From: Polyangiaceae bacterium
GTDB lineage: Bacteria > Myxococcota_A > Polyangia > Polyangiales > Polyangiaceae
Reading direction: 5' to 3'
Length of the DNA stretch: 64,000 bases
NCBI GenBank assembly: GCA_035063585.1
Contig: JAPSGB010000025.1
Location: 10,393 to 74,392, forward strand
Positions 1-9,461 of this stretch are shown in pieces (within the stretch, counting starts at the first letter, position 1; the number at the start of each line of letters is the position of its first letter). The notes under the pieces are model-generated. The model worked only from the letters and a program-made list of their open reading frames with translations. It had not been told where the DNA came from and ran no database searches. Made by a program: the position numbers and the translations under genes.

Positions 1-1345
1 AGATCGCCGCGAGCGTTATCGACTCGCCGATGGCGCCGTCGTGATCGCCCGCTTCGGCGAGCACCTCGCGGAGCTTCTCGCGAATCTCCACCGAACGGGG
101 ATCGATCTCGAGCGCGACGGAGAGCACCTCGACCGCCTTCGAGTAGAGCTTGAGCTTGCGGTACGCCTCGCAGTCGAGGACCGCCTGCCGCGCGTGCGCG
201 CGCGAGTCGAACGAGCCCGGGCCCTGGAGCTCCTCGACCGCCTCGACGCCGTCTGCGACCACCACGACGTCCGGGCTGCTCGCCTGCAGGTAGCGCGCGG
301 GTGAGGTCACCGCGGGCGCCTGCCACGCAGGCGCGGGCTCGTCGTCGATGATCTCGACCTCGTCGTCTATGACGTGGGCGGAGCTCTCCGGCGCGAGCGA
401 GGCTGGCCTCGGCGCCGGCTGCTGCCCGGCGCGCATCGAGCGGACGCCCTCGTCGTCTGGAGCAATCGCCCCGAGGTGCTCGAGGAGCTGCGCGTAGAGC
501 TCGGTCTTGCCCGCTTCGCGGGCCACGCGCGCCATCTCCTTGTAGACCTCGAGCGATTTCGACTCCTGGCCGATCAGGGTGAACGTCTGCGCCAGCAGGC
601 CGAGGGTCTCGAGGTTGCGGGGGTCCGCCTGGAAGCAGATCTGGAGCTTCGAGAGCGCCTGCAGGCCGTCTTCCCGCGTGCCCCGCTCGAGGTAGAGCTC
701 CGCCGCGCTCCGCGCGTAGCGTGGGTCCTGACGAAAATGAAGGATGCGCTCGACGACCTTGAGCGCGTCGTCCCGACGCCCGAGCTTCAGGAGCAGCTCG
801 GCTGCCGCCCAGAAGGACTCCACCGCCGGGTCGAGCTCCTGGACGCGACAGCAGGCCTCCGCCAGGCGAAGATGCGGGAGCGGGTTGGTCGCGTCGAGCG
901 CGACCATCTTCCTGAACACTTCGATGGCTTCGCGATCCTGACCGGCGCGCTGGAAGCGCGTCGCGACCTCGTCGTAGGCGGACAGCGCGTCGCTGGTCAG
1001 GCCGAGCTGCGTGTAGATCTCCGCGAGCTTCGGGACGATGTGGGCGTAGCGCTCGGCGAGGTTCGGCGCGTGCTTGCGGATGAGCTCGCGGATCTGCTTG
1101 TAGACGGCGATCGCCTTCAGCGCGAAGCCCTGGCTCGCGTAGTACTGGCCGACGCGGTCATACGTCGCGATGGCCTCCGGGTAGGCCTCGATGCGCGCCT
1201 GCAGATCGCCGATTTTCAGCAAGGTCCGCGCGTCATTCGCGTCTTGCTGGACGATCTTCTGATATTCCTCGATTGCCTTGTCGTAGCGCTTCTTGTCTAC
1301 GAACTTCTGCGCGGCCTGGAGGATCTTCTCGCGTTCGCTCGCCAC
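1..1345 (-). CDS. Multi-TPR protein, SgmX-like (type IV pilus/social motility activator); 3' end runs off the window
   Basis: Absent from the ORF track because there is no stop in the window. GTG at 1345 with upstream GGAG reads VASEREKILQAAQKFVDKKRYDKAIEEYQKIVQQDANDARTLLKIGDLQAR, followed by tandem TPR-like helices. The N-terminus resembles myxobacterial SgmX (from recall). Confidence 0.8.
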   Translation of the reverse strand, partial: MASEREKILQAAQKFVDKKRYDKAIEEYQKIVQQDANDARTLLKIGDLQARIEAYPEAIATYDRVGQYYASQGFALKAIAVYKQIRELIRKHAPNLAERYAHIVPKLAEIYTQLGLTSDALSAYDEVATRFQRAGQDREAIEVFRKMVALDATNPLPHLRLAEACCRVQELDPAVESFWAAAELLLKLGRRDDALKVVERILHFRQDPRYARSAAELYLERGTREDGLQALSKLQICFQADPRNLETLGLLAQTFTLIGQESKSLEVYKEMARVAREAGKTELYAQLLEHLGAIAPDDEGVRSMRAGQQPAPRPASLAPESSAHVIDDEVEIIDDEPAPAWQAPAVTSPARYLQASSPDVVVVADGVEAVEELQGPGSFDSRAHARQAVLDCEAYRKLKLYSKAVEVLSVALEIDPRSVEIREKLREVLAEAGDHDGAIGESITLAAI

Positions 1346-1397
1346 GTCTGGTCCAGTCTCCTTCGCGAGCGGCGTCGATTCCACCGCGAAGCGCCAA

Positions 1398-1427
1398 AAC
1401 ATAAGGGATAACGGGGGATTTCGTCAA
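1398..1427 (-). promoter_or_regulatory. Sigma70-type promoter for the TPR gene
   Basis: Minus strand TTGACG-N18-TATGTT in an AT-richer intergenic patch about 50 nt upstream of the GTG. Confidence 0.55.
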
Positions 1428-1626
1428 GGAGACGTGGCCGAATGCCGGGGAATTCACCCGGAAATCGCGCGCCTCCGCAGCGCCCGGACGCGCGTTTCCG
1501 GCGCGCCGGGTGGTTCCGCGCCGGCACGACAAAAAGAACGCGGGCTAGCTCGTGCGCCCGCCTCCCGGCGGCGGCGGGCACGAGCGGCGCTTGCTCTCCT
1601 CTCGGGGCGGCTACAGATTCGCCCCG

Positions 1627-3072
1627 ATGAGCCGGAGTGAGAGCTACAGCGCGCCGTTCGCACCCGGCGGGCCCGCGGGGATCGACGCGGACGTGTGTCA
1701 AAGACTGCTCGCGCTCGCGCTCGGGCAGGGAGGTGACTACGCCGATCTCTTCTTCGAGTATCGGGCCGGCGGCGGGCTCTCGTTCGAGGAGGGCTTCACT
1801 CGCAGCGCCTCGCGCGGCGTGGCGATGGGGCTCGGCGTCCGCGTGCAGCGCGGGGACGCGACCGGGTACGCGCACGTGGAGGACCTGACTTGGGAGGCGA
1901 TGGCGCGCGCGGCGGAGACGGCCGCGCGCATCGCGAGCGGCGGGAGACCGGTGCCGCCGGTGCGGCTCGAGCCCATGGTGTTGCCGAGTCGCTACGAGCT
2001 CGACGTGCCGTCCATCGACGTGCCCGGGGTCGACAAGCGCGCGCTGCTCGAGCGCGCGAGCCGCGCCGCGCTCGCCTTCGATCCGCGCATCGTCAAGGTC
2101 GAGGCGAGCTTCGCCGAGGAGATCCGCGAGATCTTGGTGGCGACCAGCGACGGCCGCATCGCCTACGACGTGCAGCCCCTGATGCGCTTCGGAGTCCGCG
2201 CGATCGCGGAGCAGAGTGGCCGGCGCGAGTCGGGGCGGAGCGGCGGAGGCGGGCGCATGACGCTCGGCTACTTCGATGCAAGGAGCCCGGAGCACCACGC
2301 CGAGATCGCCGCCCGGCAAGCCCTGGTCCTCCTCGACGCGCGTCGAGCGCCGGCGGGCCAGATGGAAGTCGTGCTCGCGCCCGGAGACAGCGGGATCCTG
2401 CTCCACGAAGCGGTCGGCCACGGCCTCGAGGCGGACTTCAACCGCAAGGGGACCAGCAACTACTCGGGGCGCGTCGGCGAGCCGGTCGCGAGCGAGCTCT
2501 GCACGGTGGTCGACGATCCGACGCTCCTCCAGAGCCGCGGCAGCATCAACGTGGACGACGAGGGGCTCGAGCCGCGACGGAGCGTGCTCATCGAGGGAGG
2601 TACGCTCCGCGGGTACATGCAAGACCGCCTCTCGGCTCGACACTTCAAGGCCTCGCCCACCGGTAATGGGCGTCGCGAGAGCTACGCCGCGGTGCCCATG
2701 CCCCGCATGACCAACACCGTGCTCCTCGCTGGCCCGCATGACCCGGAGGAGATCGTGCGGAGCGTGAAGCGCGGCATTTTCGCGCAGACCTTCGGCGGCG
2801 GGCAGGTGGACATCTCGAACGGAGATTTCGTCTTCTCGCTCACCGAGAGCTACCTCATCGAAGATGGCCGCATCACCGCGCCGCTCAAGGGCGTGAACCT
2901 GATCGGGAACGGCCCAGAGACCTTGCGCCACGTCTCCATGCTGGGAAATGACGTGGCGATCTCCGACGGCATCTGGACCTGCGGCAAGGACGGTCAGAGC
3001 GTCCCGGTCGGGGTCGGCTGTCCGACCATCAAGCTCGAGCAAATAACGGTCGGTGGCACCGAGATCGGCTAG
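1627..3072 (+). CDS. tldD: TldD metalloprotease
   Basis: HEAVGHGLEAD zinc motif, GNGRRESY..PMPRMTNT and C-terminal TCGKDGQSVPVGVG. ATG at 1627 preferred over 1552. Confidence 0.93.
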   Translation: MSRSESYSAPFAPGGPAGIDADVCQRLLALALGQGGDYADLFFEYRAGGGLSFEEGFTRSASRGVAMGLGVRVQRGDATGYAHVEDLTWEAMARAAETAARIASGGRPVPPVRLEPMVLPSRYELDVPSIDVPGVDKRALLERASRAALAFDPRIVKVEASFAEEIREILVATSDGRIAYDVQPLMRFGVRAIAEQSGRRESGRSGGGGRMTLGYFDARSPEHHAEIAARQALVLLDARRAPAGQMEVVLAPGDSGILLHEAVGHGLEADFNRKGTSNYSGRVGEPVASELCTVVDDPTLLQSRGSINVDDEGLEPRRSVLIEGGTLRGYMQDRLSARHFKASPTGNGRRESYAAVPMPRMTNTVLLAGPHDPEEIVRSVKRGIFAQTFGGGQVDISNGDFVFSLTESYLIEDGRITAPLKGVNLIGNGPETLRHVSMLGNDVAISDGIWTCGKDGQSVPVGVGCPTIKLEQITVGGTEIG

Positions 3073-3781
3073 CCCGCCCGGGCCTCGCGCTTTCGTCGCC
3101 GTCATCGGTCACGCGCCGGAGCTCGAGCGCGACGAGGGCGCGGCGGCGACGCTCCGCCAGCTCGGCGCGACGGTGAGAACCCTCGATTTGTGGGACGATC
3201 CGCTGACGCTCCTTCACAACCACGAGTCGTCCGGCGCGCGCCCGCGGGCGCTGCTCTTCGAGGCGCTCGACCGGCCGGATCTCGCCGCGGCCGCGCTTCG
3301 CGTGGTGCGTCGCGAGCGCGCCTTCGACGACGTCGGCGCGCTCATCGCGGTCACCGTTGGCCAAGTCGCGCGTGTCGAGCCCTCGACCGGCTTCGATGAC
3401 TTCGTGCTCTGCCCGTACCTGCCCGAGGAGCTCTACGCGCGCATCCGCGCGCTCGAGTGGCGGCGCAGCGAGTTCGCCACCGAGGAGCGCCAGAAGGTGG
3501 GCGCGCTGGTGATCGATCGAGCCGGGCGCGAGGTCACCCTCGATGGGCGGCCCGTTCCGCTGACGGCCAAGGAGTACGCGCTCCTCGCGTACCTCGTGGA
3601 GCGGCGCGGCCGGGTGCTCGACCGAGAGCACCTGCTCGCGCACGTGTGGGGCGATCGCTACGATGGCGGCCCGCGCACGGTCGACATCCACGTCCGGCGG
3701 CTCCGCGCCAAGCTCGGCGATGCGCTGCCCATCGAGACGCTCCGCGGCGCGGGCTACAAGCTCCGCGCGCCGTCGGAGTGA
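3053..3781 (+). CDS. OmpR/GlnR-like winged-helix regulator with atypical receiver domain
   Basis: C-terminal LTAKEYALLAYL...RTVDIHVRRLRAKLG...IETLRGAGY. Degenerate receiver (GFDDFVLCPYLPEELYARIR). Confidence 0.85.
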   Translation: MAPRSASPPGPRAFVAVIGHAPELERDEGAAATLRQLGATVRTLDLWDDPLTLLHNHESSGARPRALLFEALDRPDLAAAALRVVRRERAFDDVGALIAVTVGQVARVEPSTGFDDFVLCPYLPEELYARIRALEWRRSEFATEERQKVGALVIDRAGREVTLDGRPVPLTAKEYALLAYLVERRGRVLDREHLLAHVWGDRYDGGPRTVDIHVRRLRAKLGDALPIETLRGAGYKLRAPSE

Positions 3782-3799
3782 GGCTGGTAGAATGAAGGA

Positions 3800-4783
3800 G
3801 TGATCGTCGTATCCATCGGGTGTCCGAGCGGCGTCGGGCCAGAGGTGAGCGTCGCGGCGGCGGCCAAGCTCCGCGGCGTAACCACGATCTTGGTCGGTGA
3901 GGAGCGGACCATCCTCGCCGCCGCCGAGCTTCGCGGCGTCTCGAGGCGACGCTTCGCGCGCTTCGACGGGCTCAGGCGCACCGATCGCATCCTCATCCAC
4001 GATCCGGGGATCGCGCTCACCGAGCGACAGCGCGCGCCAGGTCGCCCGACCGCGCGCGCCGGCGCGGCGGAGCTCGCCTGGATCGACGCGGGCTTCGAGC
4101 TCGCGCGCGGCGTCCGCGCCGCGCTGGTCACCGGGCCCGTGAGCAAGGCGATCATTGCCCGCTCGGGCGCACCCGGCGGCGCGCGCTTCCGCGGGCACAC
4201 CGAGCACCTTCGCGCTCGCGACGGTGCCAGAGAGAGCGTGATGTGCTTCGTCGCGCCGAAGCTCGCGACCAGCCTGGTCACCACGCACCTCCCCCTCGCG
4301 CGGGTGCCGCGCGCGCTCGACGCGCGCGGCGTCGCGAGCGCCACCGTCTGGCTCGCGCGGCTGCTCACCCGGCTCGGCAAATCGTCCCCGCGCCTCGCGG
4401 TCGCCTCGCTGAACCCGCACGCCGGCGAGAGCGAGCTCCTCGGCAAGGAGGAGCATCACGCAATCCTGCCCGGCATCCGCGCCGCGCGCCGCACGCTCGG
4501 CCGCCGCGCGCGGATCGCGGGCCCGGTCGGCGCCGAGACGGCGTATCGCCTCGCCTACGCCGGCATCTACGACGGCGTGGTCGCCATGTACCACGATCAG
4601 GCGACCATCCCCATGAAGCTCGTGGCCTTCGGAGAGGCGGTCAACGTCACGATGGGCCTCAGCGTGCCGCGTACCAGCGTCGATCACGGCACGGCGTACG
4701 ACATCGCCTGGCGAGGCGAGGCCGACCCCCGCGGCATGCTCGAGGCGATGCAGCTCGGCGAGCGGTTGTGCGCGCGCGACTGA
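3800..4783 (+). CDS. pdxA: 4-hydroxythreonine-4-phosphate dehydrogenase
   Basis: GVGPE, VTGPVSK, GHTE, LNPHAGE, AMYHDQ and RTSVDHGTAYDIA motifs. Confidence 0.93.
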   Translation: MIVVSIGCPSGVGPEVSVAAAAKLRGVTTILVGEERTILAAAELRGVSRRRFARFDGLRRTDRILIHDPGIALTERQRAPGRPTARAGAAELAWIDAGFELARGVRAALVTGPVSKAIIARSGAPGGARFRGHTEHLRARDGARESVMCFVAPKLATSLVTTHLPLARVPRALDARGVASATVWLARLLTRLGKSSPRLAVASLNPHAGESELLGKEEHHAILPGIRAARRTLGRRARIAGPVGAETAYRLAYAGIYDGVVAMYHDQATIPMKLVAFGEAVNVTMGLSVPRTSVDHGTAYDIAWRGEADPRGMLEAMQLGERLCARD

Positions 4784-6672
4784 GCCACCGCCCCGTCGAG
4801 CGCGCGCTCGACCGGCTCGCGGGACTCCTCCCCGCGGCCACCCACGAGGAACGGCTCGCCGCAGTCCTCGCGGCGGCGGTACGCGCGGAGGCTGCGCGGC
4901 GCGGGCTCACGCCGCGGGGAGGGCGGCTGCTGACGGCCGCCGCTCGCGTCGAGCTGCCCGAGGCGAGCGCGCTCCTCGGCGAAGGTCGCGAGCCACTCGA
5001 GGCCATAGCGCGAGCCTACGAGGGAGGGCTGGTCGGTCCGGCGCGGAAACGGCGCGGCTCGTACTTCACTCCCGCGCCGCTGGCGGACGCCGTCGTCGAG
5101 CGCGCGCTCGGAGGCCGAGCGGCCGCGCGGAGCGACCGCGCGTTTCGCGTGTGTGATCCCGCGCTCGGTGCCGGCGCGTTCCTGCTCGCCGCGGCCCGCT
5201 TGCTCGCGAGCAGTCGGTCGCGCACTCGGGTGCTTCGTGAGTGCTTGTTCGGTGTGGACCGCGAGCCGCTCGCGGTGGCCGTCACCGAAGCGCTGCTCTG
5301 GCTCTGGGCAGCCGACGACAGCCTCACCCTCGACGACGCAGGCGGCAACCTGCGCGTCGGTGACGCGCTCACGGGGGCCCGCTGGCTCGGCGGGCCCGCG
5401 CCGCAAGCGTCGCTCGCGTTCGCGACGCTGCCCGAGCCTGGCGAGGCGGTCGCGCTCGACTGGCGCGGCGAGTTCTCCGGCGTCTTCGCGACGGGCGGCT
5501 TCGACGCGCTGGTCGGCAATCCGCCCTGGGTCGCCTTCGCCGGGCGCGCCGCCGCTCCGCTCGCGCCCGAGCTCCGCGCGCACTTCGTCGCGACCTACGC
5601 GGCGATGCGCGGCTACCCTACGCTGCACGCGCTGTTCGTCGAGCGCGCGACCGAGCTCGCTCCCGGCGGCATCATCGCGCTCCTCCTTCCGAGCCCGCTC
5701 GCCGATCTCGACGGTTACCGCGCGGTGCGCCGCGTGCTGACCACGCGGCACGTCGTGCGCGAGCCGTTGCTCGAGTTTGGCGAGGATGCGTTTCAGGCGG
5801 TGGTGCAGCCGTGCTTCGCGCTCATCGCGGACGCCGCTCGGGATGCGCGCGCCGATGACCGCCCGTGGCGGCTCGCCGAGCGACAGCGGGCCGCCGGCGC
5901 CGCCGAGGAGCTCAGCGTCCCCGAGGTGCTCACCCGCCTCGCCCGCGCTCCCTGCTTTCCGCGTGAGCTGTTTCGCGAGATGGGCTTTCAGACGTCACGG
6001 GTCGTGAGCGAACGGCTGCTTCGCCGAGCGCCCGAGCCCGACGCGGCGCACCGCTACCCGCTCCTCGAGGGGCGAGACGTCCACGAGTTCAAGGAGGGGC
6101 CACCGCGGCTCTTCCTCAGCGAGGCTCACCCGCTCCTCCGCGCGAGCGGATGTCGTCTCCGCCCGCGCGCCGACTACGAGCAGGTCCGCTTCGTCGTGCG
6201 CCAGACGGCGCGGTTCCCGATCGCCGCGCTCCACGGCGGGCTACCGTTTCGCAACACGCTGCTCGCTGGCCTCGCGGTCGACGAGCTCCCCGCCGAGCTG
6301 GTGGTCGCGCTCCTGAACAGCTCGCTCTACCGGGCGCTCCACGTCGCGTTCCGCCGCGACGCGCGGCAAGCAGCGTTCCCTCAGGTCAAGGTGGCTCATC
6401 TGCGCGCCCTCCCTCTGCCCCCGCTCGACCCCGTCCGGCGCGGGCAGCTCGTCGAGCTCAGCCGCCGCGCGACTCGCGCGGGCCTCGACGCCGCCCTGCG
6501 CGCCGCGCTCGACGCCGCGGCGTTCGAGCTCTTCCAGGTGAGCCGGGCGGATCGCGAGGCGGTGCTCGCCTTCCTCTCCGCGCAGGCGCCCGCGGGCGGC
6601 TCCGGTCTGCGGAGCGGCTCGAGGCGAGCCCGTTCGGTGGAGCCGAGGGGGATCGAACCCCTGACCTCATGA
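4768..6672 (+). CDS. Orphan amino (likely N6-adenine) DNA methyltransferase, gamma class, Eco57I/TaqI-like with C-terminal TRD
   Basis: GSYFTP, motif I DPALGAGAFL, motif IV GNPPW, and C-terminal LLNSSL...FPQVKVAHLRALPLP. Start uncertain (GTG 4768 or CTG 4780); the track extension to 4243 overlaps pdxA. Confidence 0.82.
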   Translation: MRARLSHRPVERALDRLAGLLPAATHEERLAAVLAAAVRAEAARRGLTPRGGRLLTAAARVELPEASALLGEGREPLEAIARAYEGGLVGPARKRRGSYFTPAPLADAVVERALGGRAAARSDRAFRVCDPALGAGAFLLAAARLLASSRSRTRVLRECLFGVDREPLAVAVTEALLWLWAADDSLTLDDAGGNLRVGDALTGARWLGGPAPQASLAFATLPEPGEAVALDWRGEFSGVFATGGFDALVGNPPWVAFAGRAAAPLAPELRAHFVATYAAMRGYPTLHALFVERATELAPGGIIALLLPSPLADLDGYRAVRRVLTTRHVVREPLLEFGEDAFQAVVQPCFALIADAARDARADDRPWRLAERQRAAGAAEELSVPEVLTRLARAPCFPRELFREMGFQTSRVVSERLLRRAPEPDAAHRYPLLEGRDVHEFKEGPPRLFLSEAHPLLRASGCRLRPRADYEQVRFVVRQTARFPIAALHGGLPFRNTLLAGLAVDELPAELVVALLNSSLYRALHVAFRRDARQAAFPQVKVAHLRALPLPPLDPVRRGQLVELSRRATRAGLDAALRAALDAAAFELFQVSRADREAVLAFLSAQAPAGGSGLRSGSRRARSVEPRGIEPLTS

Positions 6673-6710
6673 CTGCCAGTCATGCGCTCTCCCAGCTGAG
6701 CTACGGCCCC
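6638..6710 (-). tRNA. tRNA-Ala (GGC)
   Basis: GGGGCCGTAGCTCAGCTGGGAGAGCGCATGACTGGCAGTCATGAGGTCAGGGGTTCGATCCCCCTCGGCTCCA folds as a full cloverleaf. CCA tail not fully encoded. Confidence 0.97.
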
Positions 6711-6818
6711 GAAGCTGTCGGGGATGGGGCCCCGACGAGGGACGCGGAGACTTGCACATCGCCCGCCACTTGGCGAGGGGGGCGTCGGTTTTTTGTTCGC
6801 GCTTCGGCCCCTCCGAGC

Positions 6819-7070
6819 TTACTCGGGCTGTCCGGCCGCCGGGGCCGGAGCGGCAGCCGCGCTGGCGGCCTCCGCGGCCGAAGGCGCCGCCGCCGGAGCG
6901 GCGCTCCGCCGGAGCTCGTCCGCCGTCTTCCCGGCCGGGCGGGTGGCCACATAGTAGATGACCGCGAAGAGCCCGAGCGCGAGCCCGACGAGCGTGAGCC
7001 ACTGGGGCGTGTGCGGCTCGTCCGGCAGGAGCTCGGTGCTGGGGTCGGCGGAATCGCCTGGGTCGCTCAT
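6819..7070 (-). CDS. Small single-pass membrane protein
   Basis: MSDPGD...EPHTPQWLTLVGLALGLFAVIYYVA TM segment followed by an Ala/Pro tail. GATAAT lies 10 nt upstream of the ATG. Confidence 0.65.
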   Translation of the reverse strand: MSDPGDSADPSTELLPDEPHTPQWLTLVGLALGLFAVIYYVATRPAGKTADELRRSAAPAAAPSAAEAASAAAAPAPAAGQPE

Positions 7071-7174
7071 GGAGCGGGCTATTATCATGGATTGGGTTCG
7101 GCGCCTGCCCCCGCCCACGGAGCGGCTAGTTGGGCGCTCGCCCGCGCGCTACCCTCGCGAGTCCGGATCGGCCC

Positions 7175-7966
7175 ATGTCAGCTCTCGATTTCGGCATCGT
7201 CGCCAACTCCGAGCGCACCGAGCTAGCTCTCGGGCAATTCTGCCGCTCCCTCTCACTGGCGAGCGGGGTAGAGCTTCGACCTTGTGTCGTCTCGTCCTAT
7301 GAGGCGCTCTCTCAGGCGCTGCTCATGGGCGACATTCAGCTCGGTTGGACCGCGCCGCTGCTCGCGGTGGGCCTCGAGGATCGCGGCGCAGCGATCCCGC
7401 TGGTCGTGGTCGTTCGCGGGGTTCGGGCCGGCTATCACTCCGCGCTCTTCGTCCGCTCGGACAGCCCGCATCGCCGCCTGGAGGAGCTCGACGGGCTCAC
7501 CGCGGCGTGGGTCTCGCGCCAGAGCGCTTCGGGTTACTTCGTCCCGCGCTGGCACCTCGCCTCGCTCGGCGTCGACGTTCAGCGCGCATTTCGTCGCGAG
7601 ATCTTCTGCGCCAGTCACGAAGAGGTGGTCGAGGCCGTCGCGAGCGGCAGCGCGGACATCGGCGCGACCCACGTCGGACTCGAGCCGCTCGGCGGTGAGC
7701 TCGCTAGCGCGCCCTGGATCGATCTCGGGATGACGCCCGGCTCGATGCGCGTGCTCCTCTTGGTCGGACCCATTCCGGGGGATCTCATCGTGGCGAGCCC
7801 GGCGGTTCCGGTCGCTGAGCGCCAGCGGCTCACCGCCGCGCTCCTCGGATTTCGCGACGACCACGACGCGCTCGCGCTCGCGCTCTTCCAGGCCACTCGC
7901 TTCGAGCCGGCCCCCGAGGACCACCTGGCGCTCCTGCGGCGGCTCGCTCGGTTCGCCGCGTCGTGA
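7175..7966 (+). CDS. PhnD-like phosphate/phosphonate-binding-fold protein lacking a signal peptide
   Basis: SYEAL, YHSALFVRSDS, SASGYFVP, SHEEVVEAVASGSADIGA and GPIPGD. Confidence 0.8.
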   Translation: MSALDFGIVANSERTELALGQFCRSLSLASGVELRPCVVSSYEALSQALLMGDIQLGWTAPLLAVGLEDRGAAIPLVVVVRGVRAGYHSALFVRSDSPHRRLEELDGLTAAWVSRQSASGYFVPRWHLASLGVDVQRAFRREIFCASHEEVVEAVASGSADIGATHVGLEPLGGELASAPWIDLGMTPGSMRVLLLVGPIPGDLIVASPAVPVAERQRLTAALLGFRDDHDALALALFQATRFEPAPEDHLALLRRLARFAAS

Positions 7967-8075
7967 GCGGCGTCGCCGGGTGGCGGTCGTCGCCGGCGAC
8001 CGCCGAGAGCTTGACCCCTCATGCACGCGGGCCCTAACCTGCGCTGGCGCGCACCGCGGGAGCGCGGGCGATTCG

Positions 8076-9461
8076 ATGGCTACACAGCAGCAACGCTACC
8101 GGGTCCTCGAGAAGATCGCCTCTGGCGGCATGGCCGAGGTCTTCCGCGCGGAGAGCGCGGGGCTCGAGGGGTTCAAGAAGACGGTCGCCATCAAGCGCGT
8201 TCTTCCGCACCTCTCGCAGAAGAAGCAGTTCATGGGGATGTTCCTGGACGAGGCGCGCCTCTCCGCGCACCTCTCCCATTCGAACTGCGTGCAGGTCTTC
8301 GACGTCGGCGTTGGCGACGACACCTACTTCATCGTGATGGAGTTCGTGGACGGCGCCGACCTCAAGGCGGTCATCGAGCAGCGCAAGAAGCTCGGTGCGC
8401 CGTTCCCGCTCGAGGAGGCGTGCCTCATCTGCGTTCGTATTTGCGAGGGGCTCGCATACGCCCACGAGCTACGAGACTCAAAGGGGCAGAGCCTCCGCAT
8501 CGTCCATCGCGACATGTCGCCGCCGAACGTCCTCATCACGCGCTACGGCGAGGTGAAGATCGTAGATTTCGGTCTCGCGAAGGCCAATAGCCAGCTCGAA
8601 CACAGCGAGCCCGGCATCATCAAGGGGAAGTTCAGCTACCTCTCGCCGGAGGCCGCGCTCGGTCAGCCGGTGGACGCCCGAACCGACATCTTCGCCGTGG
8701 GCATCATCCTCTGGGAGCTCCTGGCCGGCCGTCGCCTCTTCATGGGTGAGAGCGACCTCGAGACGGTCCGGCAGGTCCAGGCCGCGCGGATTCCGCCGCT
8801 TCACCAGTTCAACCGGGAGGTGCCGCCCGAGATCGATCAGCTCCTCGCGCGGGCACTCGCGAGGGAGCCCGACGCGCGATATCAGTCCGCGCGGGATCTC
8901 GGCGCGGATCTCAATGATCTGCTCTTTCGGCTCCGGCGACCCGTCTCGTCGTTCGACATCGCGAAGCTCCTCGAGTCCGTCCTCGCGGACCGCGACACGA
9001 GCCGGCGGCGCAAGGCGGAGAAGGGCTCCATCATCGGCTCGCTCATCGAGGAGGCGCTCTTCCAGTTCAGCTCGCTCGAGAGCGAGGGCGACAGCCAGCC
9101 CTCGGGCGGAGACGCGCCGCTGAATCTCGGCTCGTTTGGCGGCAAGGATTGGTCTTCCGACCTCGGGCTCGGCCTCACCAGCCAGCGGCGCCCGACCGAC
9201 CAGCAGTACGAGCTCGGCTCGCTCGCCTCGCTCGAGGATGACGCGCCCATCGCGCGGCAGGGGGCCGAGCCGGCGTCGCCGGTCCAAGCTCCGCCGGCCG
9301 CCGGCGGCGCGCTCCCCAACGCTCCGCTGCCTGCCCCCGCACCGGAGCGCTCGGGCGTCGGCTTCGGTACGATCCTGCTCCTCCTGCTCCTCGTCCTCGT
9401 CGGGGCCGCGGCCGGCGCCTATTACGCCGGGCTCATCCCGAAGGGGCTCCTCCCCTTCTAG
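8076..9461 (+). CDS. Hanks-type Ser/Thr protein kinase with C-terminal TM anchor
   Basis: IASGGMAEVF, VAIK, HRDMSPPN, DFG, YLSPE. Hydrophobic ILLLLLLVLVGAAAG near the C-terminus. Confidence 0.95.
   Translation: MATQQQRYRVLEKIASGGMAEVFRAESAGLEGFKKTVAIKRVLPHLSQKKQFMGMFLDEARLSAHLSHSNCVQVFDVGVGDDTYFIVMEFVDGADLKAVIEQRKKLGAPFPLEEACLICVRICEGLAYAHELRDSKGQSLRIVHRDMSPPNVLITRYGEVKIVDFGLAKANSQLEHSEPGIIKGKFSYLSPEAALGQPVDARTDIFAVGIILWELLAGRRLFMGESDLETVRQVQAARIPPLHQFNREVPPEIDQLLARALAREPDARYQSARDLGADLNDLLFRLRRPVSSFDIAKLLESVLADRDTSRRRKAEKGSIIGSLIEEALFQFSSLESEGDSQPSGGDAPLNLGSFGGKDWSSDLGLGLTSQRRPTDQQYELGSLASLEDDAPIARQGAEPASPVQAPPAAGGALPNAPLPAPAPERSGVGFGTILLLLLLVLVGAAAGAYYAGLIPKGLLPF

Noticed and set aside
3948..3974. 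Third exact TGAGCC-N17-CGTC match (minus strand)
   Set aside because: It lies inside pdxA, antisense, with no suitable downstream gene. An occasional chance hit is plausible at this GC content.
6760..6795. Intrinsic terminator after the methyltransferase
   Set aside because: The stem is imperfect and offset from the T-run. The tract may instead be an A-rich element upstream of the tRNA-Ala promoter on the other strand.
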